Below, piece by piece: positions 1 through 10,856 of a stretch of DNA of 33,882 nt. The position numbers were made by a program, and so were the translations under genes. This DNA is from Trichinella spiralis. Taxonomy: Eukaryota. The notes beneath the pieces were generated by a model. That model was not told the origin of the DNA and did no database searches. It worked only from the letters and a program-made list of their open reading frames with translations. The DNA is taken from the NCBI RefSeq assembly GCF_000181795.1, contig NW_003526946.1, positions 131,677-165,558 of the forward strand, read 5' to 3'. How positions within the stretch are numbered: the stretch's first letter is position 1; the number at the start of each line of letters is the position of its first letter.

Positions 1-2
1 AG

Positions 3-3000
3 GATGGGAATTTAGCGGAAGTTCAGCTGGGTGTGGGCGCTTTTGGTGTGGGTTTGTTTCAACAGACTGTTCGAACGAACACTTACCCTTGGTCGAAGAT
101 CGTGAAAATCAGTTTCAAGCGGAAACAGTTTTTTTTACAACTCAAACCCGAGCCGGTAGGTTTCCAAGTATGAAGCTTCAACTTTGGGGTTGGTAATTTT
201 ATTTGCATGTTTCATTTATTTTTTTTTGCAGAAATCTGCCGATGCAATTTTGAATTTCACCCTTTCTTCGACGTTGACTAGTAAATTGCTCTGGAAATCT
301 TGCATTGAGCATCACACATTTTTTCGATTGGTATCGCCTCCTGCTCCAGTTTCGAAACCTCTGTTCGCTTTTGGATCACGCTTTCGTTACAGGTATTGGG
401 AAAATATAGTTTTTTTTTTATTTATTACGATCAGTAATAATTTCATTTTTATAGTGGTCGAACGGAGTATCAAACATTAGAAGAGATGAAACGTCGTACA
501 CGAATGCAACGGCCATTTACAAGGTTGTGTTGTTTATTATGAACATATGAACAATATGTATATATATATTTTTTTTAATTTATAGATTTAATAGTAACGG
601 TTGCTTTGCACGATCGACAATTTGCGGCGGATCGACAACTTACGGACGTTGCAAAGAGACAGCGAATTTTGCTGGTTCTCCTTCGACTAGTGGTACAAAT
701 GTTCACAACAGCTCTGCCCCTTCAACATCCGCTTCTTTCAAACATGCTAACTCGACCGTAGACGGCACACCTGCAAACGGTCCATGGTATGTACAATTAT
801 GTTTTAGCTGTTTTTTTTCCTGAAAAAATTATTAATACTTTTTATTATTGCTGTTCCATCATTAACTTATTTAATTTTCTTCTGGAACCATCTATTAAGT
901 GTTAATGTTTCCACAATCTTCGTTTGAATTCATCTTGAATATTTTAAGTACTTTTGAATTTTGTCGTCTTCATTTTTTATTCAAAATTCGAAATATGCAT
1001 TTGCAATGAAGACGCGTTGCAGTTTTTTCTTTTTGAATGAATGATCGCAACAGTTGAATGAAGAGCATTTTAATTTTTTTTATTTTAAATTTTTGACTGA
1101 TAAAGTATTTAATCTTCTGGTTGAAAAATCGATTTATTATTAGTGGAATAATGTTTGTCGTATGATTTTCATCCTTATTGTTTCCGTTAAAGCTGAAAAG
1201 GAGGAATAGAATAGACGATGATGATACGTTGATGTGATGGTCGCCCGGACGACGATGATGCTTTTTATTATTTGGTTTTAATGAAAATTTGGGTGTTGTT
1301 TTTTCGGTCACTTAAAAGAGCAATAGCAGCAACAGTTTATTCTTCTCCAACATACAAGTGTAAAATTATTTGCTTGTATTTCAATATTTTTTTTTGAATT
1401 TTCGAAGTTAGTGAGCGAACTTGGAATGGTTTAATTATTTTCGTAAATTATGTTTCATTCTTTTTTGCAACTATTTCACAGTTTTAAATTGTTGTGATTA
1501 TTATGAAAGTGATGAAGTTTTTTTTTTTCATCTTCTTAAACATACATTTACGCGTAAAATTTATACTTTATTGCATTTTCGTTCAGAATAATCATGAAAA
1601 TAAATAGATTGGCCTGTTGGGTAGCATTTGAGAAAATATTTCATTTCATTTATTTTATACTTTAATTTTATTTCGAAATTCTGAACCTTTGGGAATATTT
1701 TTTTTTCTAAATATGGCTAACTATATATTTCAGCAATTCTGGCGTAATTTATTTTTCACTTTGAAAATTGATACTCCTATCCTGTATTATTAAATCTAAG
1801 AAGGTTAACTATTAATAATAAAAGTAGTAGTATTTTCTGAATAATAAAAAAAATATGTTTAACTCAGTATTTAATTTTTTTTATTTCTTATGACGTCATT
1901 GATTTCTTAGTTCTTATTTTTTTCATTGTAATTATTTGACGTATTGGTTGTTGCGTTCAATAGTAATAATAATAATAATACAACTAACTCCTCTTCACTT
2001 CAAATTGCATCAGGTGCATGATTAAAAGAAAATTCCATCGTTTGAGCAAGAATCGATTAGAATAAGAAACTGTGCAACTGAGGAATTCGTTGGAAAATAT
2101 TGCTCTTCCTGTTATTAAAATAAATTTGTTATTGATGCTTCTCAGATAGAGCTGCTGCTGCACAATCGCAAGTGGAACGAAAACGATTTTCCACATTATG
2201 CTCAAGGGACATGACATGAGGTGGTGAACTGAATGTGCGTGATGCGCGTAGTTAGCATCTATTTTTACTCACATACGTCTTCATTGTGCAGCTTTTGCTT
2301 TCGGCATTTCTCTTTTCACATATCCACCGTATACACATGTATATTATGTACATGTAATGTAACGCTTGGGAATGAATAGTTTCGCGTATTTATTTATTTT
2401 ATTGAATTGTGATTTTTTTTTCTTCAATTGGCTTTTATAATTAGAATTTGTTTCAATCAATGACAATATACGAAATTGCACTGTTGGTTGAGTTATTTAC
2501 GAAAGAAGAAGAAGAAGAAGGGGAAAAATCGAAAAATTTTCATCGTTGGTTTATTCTAGTACAAGCAATTGCTAGCTTGATAACTTAGCTCGATTGTGAA
2601 GTGTCGAAGGGAGGAACGGGATGACTTTTTTAAATAAATAAATATATATATATATAGTAATTATTTCAGTGTAATAATTGATTTGTATTGTATTCAATTC
2701 ATCTTATTATTTTCCATTGTATGCGTGTATATTTTTTGTCGAACATTTTTGGGATTGATCAGTTTGGTTTCTGATGAAAAGTATTTCTGTTGTACAAATT
2801 GCGCAGAGTCTAGTTTTGCAAATGTCCCGAATTTGTACAAGCAAAGTGACACCAATCATCGCCTTTTACTCGTGCAGACAATGGCTGGTACTTTTTGAAC
2901 CATGTGCGCGGTCATATACTTCTTCATCATCATTCATCGTACCTCTTCTCTGATCATCTCGGCTGCTTAACGCACCATTGCAGAAGTTACTACCGTGTGT

Positions 3001-6000
3001 ACATCTTGTATTACTACGTAGTGTGATATGGTTGATTCGATTTAAATATATTTTTTATTCATCTCATTTTCTCAAACGACTGGCATTGACAATTCGTCTG
3101 TCACAAGTGTTGTCGGATGTCCTTGCGACGATGATGATGGCGACCGCTAAAATGGTCAATTTATTCTTGTCCATTTTTTGTTTGGTTGGTCATCTGAAGA
3201 AGCGGGGAAGATTGTGGTTGTAATTGTCAGCCGGTGTATTATTATTATTATTTATTCTTTTTTTTTCGTTCGACAATTTTCACTGCTCCATTTGACTGCG
3301 CATATGTATGTGTACATTGGTTGTTGGTTGTTGCGTTGGTATGCATTCGTCCAATTCGACTGTTGCCCATTCTGATCATCGAATGACCAACGGCCACATT
3401 TATCACGCCCGACTTACCGTGGCTATTCATTTTTTGAAGTATGCTATTGAACAAATGTGTCGTATAGTAATTATAAAAGAATAATTTATAATTTGAATAT
3501 TTCCATTCCAATTATTGTATGAAATATGAAATTGTTGTTGTTGTAGTCGACGGCCGAATTAGTTTTTTTTTTCATATGCTAATGGTGCGCTTGTAGAAAC
3601 ACTGTAGCCGGAAGATTAGAATTTCACGAAATGAGCGTGCAGCGGTCGTAACTTTTTCTCGACCTTTTTTTCTCTACATTCCATCTTCATTTACAAGAAT
3701 ATATTGATGCAAATTTCCATTCGTATAATTTGCTGCATGTAAATTTTTAAATATTCTGTGCTTTGTTGTTTCAGTGTTGTTTTTTCCGTTTGCAGATGCG
3801 CGTGTTGCGCATGACTATGTTGAACCGTTAATGTAAATATGCAATACTGGCACTTTTCAAAAGCAGATGTACTTACTTTTGTTGATTGATTTGAACAGCG
3901 CGGTCAGGCTACTTACTCTGCTGCTACGTACACACACACACATACTACACTTGCTTGTACATTTGTACACTTGTTCAAGTAGTTTGATTTGCTTATTTTT
4001 TGTGAGATGATGGCAATTATTTATTTATTTATATGTTGATGGAAATTTATATTTAAAATTTTTTTCTATCTATTGTACTACGGTTTTTTTGTTTGATTTC
4101 GTTGGAAAAAAAATTGCAAAAATATTTCGCATGCAGTGAAAAATGTTAGGCTTTTCTCGACGATTGGGGGATCAAGATTGACCTTTCATTTTTCACTCCA
4201 CAGCTTCTGTGAATGAATGTTTGCTTTGGAAAGTGGTGGTTGAAAATTGACCAGTTGACAAGAGCGGCGGGAATTTAATCGAAGATGTTGACGGAAGAAA
4301 AAGCATTTTTTTTTCTTTTATGAAATTTTCCATTTTCCACAATTTTTTCTTCAACGTTGCTTTCGTTTCAAGTTGCAACTTTCTTTTTCCATACGGTATT
4401 TCTTTTATTCTGTGTTCCCAACATTGACCGGTTCTTTCTAGATTATTATGTGCATTGTTCGTGTTGTATGTATTGTATAGTTTTGTTTGTTGTCCAGAAG
4501 AAGCCGTGCAGTAGAAGCGGCTTTTTGAACCGAAGGCCAGTGACCCATTTTTCTTCCACCTCGTAACAGTTGACGATAGTGCACGGGGTGTTGGCATTGT
4601 TGTTGTTGCTGTTGCTGTTTTCACTTATTTAATATCTGGAATTCGATTGTTCTCATGGATAGAATGCTTTCTGCTTACATCTGCAGTAATTAATCATCAT
4701 CCGTCTTTTTGAAATTAATTCCACTCCACCCTAAATATGATTCAGTCGGTGTGGATTGTTGAAAGAAAAAACGTTGTTGTTTTTTAAATTTTACTCTACT
4801 GAACTTTCAGCGAACTGATACCATCGTCCGCGGCGAATTCGAACGGATTTGAGAAGCAGCTTCCGTCGAGCTGCAAGCAGCAGACGGACAGTTTGGTTCG
4901 AAAAATGCCCCTGGAAACCACGTTCGGTTTGGGCGGTACGACGGTCGAAATTATCGACCAGTCGTTTGATTTTCCGTCCACCTCGTCCCAACAGCGCGGT
5001 TCAGCTTCGTTGGGTTTGTCGTCGTCGCATTTCGGCGCCGGCACCACCCTGCACCACCGGATGTTCCAGTCGAGGATGCAGGTGAGATCACTGTTGAACT
5101 CTTGACGAGAGGATGTATTTTATTTTATCGTATTTTATTTATTCTTTTACTGAGATAGCAAGATGGAAATTTTTCTGACAACTTGTAAATTGGTAAAAGT
5201 GGTAAATTTGTTTTGTTTTTAAGGATCAGGGAAATGCGAAAGTTGCCTTTCGCCGAGGAGCATGCTTAAATCGATTTTCACCTCAGTGCACATTATCCGG
5301 CCCGACGACAGTCGCTGCTGGCGCATATCATCACCACCATCATCATCATTCTCATCATCAACAACAACAACAAACGGTTTGTGCCAGCTGCGTTGGAGGA
5401 ATGTGCGCATCTTTCGGTCAACGATGTCTGACCGTGGGTAGAAGCACCACTAGCCTTTTGTCCAGTCCAGGCCATCACTCGGTGCGTAGCACGAATGGTG
5501 GTGGTTCTGCGAGCACGCTGAACAACGGCACTAATGCGGCGGCCAATTTCCAACCTGGCAATGACGAAGCATTGGTGACCATTCGTATGCGCCCAGATCC
5601 TCAAGGCAGATTCGGCTTCAACGTTAAAGTACTGTTTTTATCCTTTGGATTTTTAAAGAAAAGATATCATCAATTTTGCGTCATCATTTTTTCAGGGTGG
5701 ATGTGATCAAAATTATCCAATTATTGTCAGTCGTGTAATTCCAGACAGTCCAGCGGATACATGTTTTCCACGATTGAATGAAGGCGATCAAGTGGTGGCG
5801 ATCAACGGCGTCGAAGTGTCCCATTGTACCCACGAACAAGTTGTACGCTACATTCGTGCTTGCAAGGAGTCCGTTTCTCAGGAACTAGTGCTTGTTGTTC
5901 GACCGAACGGTGAGTATTCGGAGAGATGAATTATTATTATTATTATTATTTTATTGGTGACATTTTATTTTTGCAATTTTCATAAAACAAAATTTTTTGA

Positions 6001-7681
6001 ATTTTTTAATGTGCTACTACTACTTGTAATCATTACAGCTTATATTGGCGAAGATATAGAAGAACCAGACTTACAGTATGTTCCTCTGACGCCCCACGTG
6101 GCTGATTGTGTACCCAGGCCAGATATACTTCATCAGTCTCTTATTTTATTGAAAGATAGTCTTGCATCTGGAAGTGCAATAGTCAATTTTGAAGTTTGAT
6201 TGATTGATCGATTGATTTTTTTTTGCATTTTGTTTGCTAAACAGAGACCAATTTTTTTTGTACAAATTATATCGTAAATCACCTTCGATGAGTATCAACG
6301 TTGCACTGTGTGCTGAAACGTGACGAAAAACAGATATCATGATATTTCAGCATGTATTTTTTGCTTATTTACTCCCTTTCTTTTTAACAACACAGTTGGA
6401 GTAAAATTATATTTTACACCACAAAACGCGGGGCATCATTAAAAACGGCCCAAAATGGTGATTACCTCAACGCAAGCNNNNNNNNNNNNNNNNNNNNNNN
6501 NNNNNNNNNNNNNNNNNNNNNNNNNNNNNNNNNNNNNNNNNNNNNNNNNNNNNNNNNNNNNNNNNNNNNNNNNNNNNNNNNNNNNNNNNNNNNNNNNNNN
6601 NNNNNNNNNNNNNNNNNNNNNNNNNNNNNNNNNNNNNNNNNNNNNNNNNNNNNNNNNNNNNNNNNNNNNNNNNNNNNNNNNNNNNNNNNNNNNNNNNNNN
6701 NNNNNNNNNNNNNNNNNNNNNNNNNNNNNNNNNNNNNNNNNNNNNNNNNNNNNNNNNNNNNNNNNNNNNNNNNNNNNNNNNNNNNNNNNNNNNNNNNNNN
6801 NNNNNNNNNNNNNNNNNNNNNNNNNNNNNNNNNNNNNNNNNNNNNNNNNNNNNNNNNNNNNNNNNNNNNNNNNNNNNNNNNNNNNNNNNNNNNNNNNNNN
6901 NNNNNNNNNNTCAGGTAGTTGGAACATTGTGGCACAACCAATTGTAATGCTGACGGCAACAGTGGAACGTGGTCGGATAAAATGTCATCAGTATTGGCCA
7001 AAGTTGTTTGAAACTCAACGGTACGGTCGCCTTCAGGTAACCTGTGTACGGGAAACTGAAACTGCTGTTGGTCGCACTCGTGAATTTTCTGTTGTCAACA
7101 CTGAAGTAATTTTTATTGATTTATTGACTTATTATTATTATTATTAATATGATTGTCGATTTAGAGTAATGAAGAAAGATCTGTGACACACATGCAATAT
7201 TCAGCTTGGCCTGACCATGGTGTGCCTGATGATTCGAAAGAGTTGATCGACTTTGTTGTCGAAGTTCGTCAAACTAGAACTGGCATGGTAGAGCCTGTCA
7301 TTGTTCACTGCAGGTATATTGCGCAACACCTTTATTATTATTATTTTGTTTTTTAAAATTTTAATATATTAAATTTTTGCTTGTAGTGCTGGAATCGGAC
7401 GTACCGGGGTGTTGATTTTGCTCGAAACATCAATGTGCTTAATCGAAGCCAGCGAACCGATTTATCCATTGGAAATTGTTCGCAACATGCGCGATCAGCG
7501 AGCCATGCTCATACAGACCGCTGGTCAGTACAAATTTGCTTGCGATGCAATTTTGAAAATATACAACGGTGAGAAAATTTGAAATTGAAATGAAAACAAG
7601 GAAATTTAATTTTTTTTATTCTTCTGTTTTTTAGAAGGCATAGTGAAACCGTTACCTGAATATCAACAACAAAAACAGTGA
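3..7681 (+). CDS. PTPN4: FERM-PDZ protein tyrosine phosphatase, PTPN3/PTPN4 (ptp-1) type; 5'-truncated, part of catalytic domain in N-gap
   Basis: Exons 3-155 ([26 protein letters not shown]), 232-392 ([20 protein letters not shown]), 455-523, 586-786, 4811-5081, 5224-5628 ([15 protein letters not shown]), 5696-5909 ([30 protein letters not shown]), 6039-6193, ~6264-6353 (KNRY, error-prone), ~6420-6477 (DYLNAS), ~6911-7105 (IVMLT..KCHQYWP), 7165-7313 (WPDHGVP..VHCS), 7387-7568 ([17 protein letters not shown]), 7635-7681 (TGA). GT-AG borders and phases are consistent away from the gap. Confidence 0.95.
5329..5373 (+). repeat. CAT/CAC and CAA coding microsatellite encoding [15 protein letters not shown]
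   Basis: Read directly within PTP exon 5224-5628, in frame with the downstream PDZ. Confidence 0.85.
6478..6910. other. Assembly gap (433 N)
   Basis: Run of N inside the PTP catalytic-domain region; flanks show indel-like errors. Confidence 1.
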
Positions 7682-8271
7682 ACAATTTATGCTTTTTGCT
7701 GAGCAACAAAAAATGCTATGTAAAAAAAAGTATACGATGAACTGCAGCAACAGCAATTGCTTGACATTTTTTATATGCACACCAATTTTGTTTGTTTTTT
7801 TTGTTTCCCATTCTTTGTTTTCTCCTTCTCTTTTTTATTTTACGAATGCCTCATTTATGCGATGCAAGTATTTTCATTACTACTTTTTTTCTTTTCAGAA
7901 CTTTATTGCAGCTTTGTCTTCTAGCTGGATTCTTTTATGGATGTAGGTTTTTGTTCATTATTAATTTTTGTGTTATTCTTATCGTAGTAGCTAAGCTATA
8001 CATACATACGTATATATATATATATATCCTGCACTAGCTGAATTTTCCAATCTTTATAGATATCCGTTTGCTCTCGTTCATATAAGCTTTAAGTGATTTT
8101 TCACGCATAACAGTATTAAAATCTGTACTCTCAGAAATAGAAAATTTAATAATTTATTACTTATTAATAATTTAAGTTAATTGTTTAATGGAAAAATAAT
8201 GAATACGTTCAAATGAGCAAATGTTTAACTATATGAAACTAACAATAGTACACAGAAGAAGAGTATGCACG

Positions 8272-9610
8272 TTATAGTGCATCTTCATCAGCGGCCTTCT
8301 TTTTCTTTGGTTTTAATTGCTAAAATTAATATAATATACATGAATATTAATAATTGGAAGGGGAAAACGGTTCTTAATAGCGATATATACATATATATAT
8401 ATATTACCTTGAGAGTGCAGCTCATGTTTTGACTGACGAACATCAAACCGGCGCTGTTGTCAAACTGATTGCAATAATTAGGCGCACTGAATATAGTGAC
8501 CAGTTTTGTATCGGCGAAAAATTCCCAACCGTTTTCTACCACCTGAAAAATGAAAAAAAAAGTCCAATTAAATTTAAATCTATTCATCCGTCATTTTAAG
8601 GTGGAATTTTTGTACCTGATGCGCGCGTGCTATCAAATCCACTTCCATGCGTTGGCAGAATTCCTCTACCACGTCCGGGCCAAACTTGTAACTGACACCT
8701 CGATTGCTTCTCATCCATCCTAAAGCGACAATAAATTGTATGGTGGTAATTTTAATTGACGATTTTTCACGTTTTACCAACGGCGTTGATATCTGGATCA
8801 GCCCAGAGCAGGTCGCAGAGCAGACCATCGTCGGGTATTTGCAATGGACGCTCTATTTCACGTATTTGATCGAACGTTTCCAATTCTGGAGATATGCCAC
8901 CGTGCATGCAAAAAATTTTATTGTTAACTAACGCAGCTATGGGCATATAATCGAACACTGACTAAAAAATTAAAAAAAATACTACATTTGGTCTCGGTGG
9001 GGTTGAAAAGGAAAAAGCATATCATTTATTGGTGGTAATGTTTTACTTGAAATTGACGCCATATATCAGCGTTGTACAAGGTGACACAGTCGTCGTAAAA
9101 ACCGTAGGAACGGTTGATTCGAGCCGTTTCGTGATTGCCACGCAGGAGGAAAAGATCATTCGGATGGCGAATTTTCAACAGCAGCATCATGCAGATTGTT
9201 TCTACACTGTTTGGACCGCGGTCCACGTAATCTCCTGAGAGAAAAAAACAGAATTTAATTTTTTCAAATTGGGCAATAATTTTCGACCAACAAATGAAAT
9301 ATCTGATACCTAAGAACAGATATCTGGACTGTGGAACCCAACCGCCGTGATTGAAAAGACGAACCAGATCTTGAAATTGTCCATGTATATCACCGCAGAT
9401 GATCAACGGTGGTTGGACGTCGATCAGGGATTTTTCATTTTTGAAAATTTCCAACGCATCATGCAAAATTTTTTCCACGTCAGAAATTTGAATCGGTTTG
9501 TTTTGCAGCAGTTCTTGGATCAGGTATTCGTAAAGCTGATCATCAGACATCGGCTGCTTGGAACTGGAAGTTTCACTGTTCATAGTGCTACTGTTACGCT
9601 CGCTCTCCAT
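8272..9610 (-). CDS. Serine/threonine phosphatase, divergent PP1-like catalytic subunit (319 aa)
   Basis: Exons 9610-9310, 9234-9047, 8961-8778, 8719-8616, 8542-8408, 8319-8272 (960 nt). PPP motifs GDIHGQ, GDYVDRG, LRGNHE, HGG, DLLWADP, RAHQ, SAPNYC all present. Confidence 0.95.
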
Positions 9611-10856
9611 GGCACAGAGCAGGATTTCTGTTCATCTACGTGAAAGCTGATACAATAACTGATATAGTTATTTTAACTGTCACTTTACTACGTTTTAAAG
9701 TTCACCTTAAACAATAAGCAATTTAAAGTATTCACGTTTAAAAATTGTTTCTTTCTTTGTACTTTAAACATTTGGCACATGCAACAGTTTGTTTATTCAA
9801 TGCAACTTTAAAGTTTGTATAAAATTTTATGAAATGATTATTGTTCAACTGTGAAATATAATACAATTTCTGGTTCTATTAATAAAAAAATTTTTCTTTT
9901 TAATTCTTAAAACCATCTCATATTTTTCTGATTAATATTCAATAAAGCAATCTAGTCTGATCTGGTCAGGATTTTGAGAGCGTTTTCCTATTGCAAATCC
10001 AGTTCTCATTGGATGACAATGGCATGGCATCTCATTGCATACTTATGGCGTCATACGTCTCATCTAACTTTTCATTGACTCAAATTATGCTATTTTGATT
10101 AGCTAGAATATTTTTTATTTTATTGGTCCAAATTTTTTGATTACGCAATATTAGTACATTTGATGCCACTTTTGTCAAATACAGTGATTCTGCCAAATAG
10201 CTGTTTTTATAATATTTATTTTTCCATTTGACACTTTTAACAATCAGTGTTTGTAATACCATTTTTAAAAATTGTTCTGTATTTTATTATTCTGGTAATT
10301 AAATGAAGTTTAATTAAATGACATAGCAGTAGGTAAACAGCAAATACAGCGAAATAATACTTTATTTTTCAACGCTCAATAACAACAATATCAACAGCAA
10401 ATAACAGATGATGACAACAACAACAATAACAACAAGTAAAACAAACAAATATAAGTAAGTGATCCATAATAACAAATAGAAACAATAAAAAAGTAAAGAA
10501 AGCAATCAATAAATAATAATATAAAGCCACCAGTTGGAAGGCGGCTTAAATTGGTTCCGGCGTCAGGTACATTAAGGCATGAAGATACTGCTCCAACGTA
10601 CACCTGCCTCATGTGTATTCAAAAGTATATATCATTCCGTTTTATTAATAACATCAAATAACGCATCAAACTCATCACTTAATTGCGCGATTATGCACAC
10701 TGATTTTTGGAGTTGTTTACATGCACATTTATCAACTGAGAAAGCAAATATTTCTAAAATTTTACAAGCTACTATTTGCGTAAACAATTCGAAACACTGT
10801 GAGATTAGAAAATTAAGTGTGAATCATCTGCCAACATTTTGACAATAAGATGGCCT

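Noticed and set aside
970..4624. ORF-track ORFs inside the long PTP intron (e.g. 970-1311, 1984-2217, 4193-4624)
   Set aside because: Low-complexity F/I/L/K/N-rich translations with no recognisable motif or consistent splice chain.
6439..7147. Long ORFs spanning 6439-7147
   Set aside because: Artefacts of translating through the N run.
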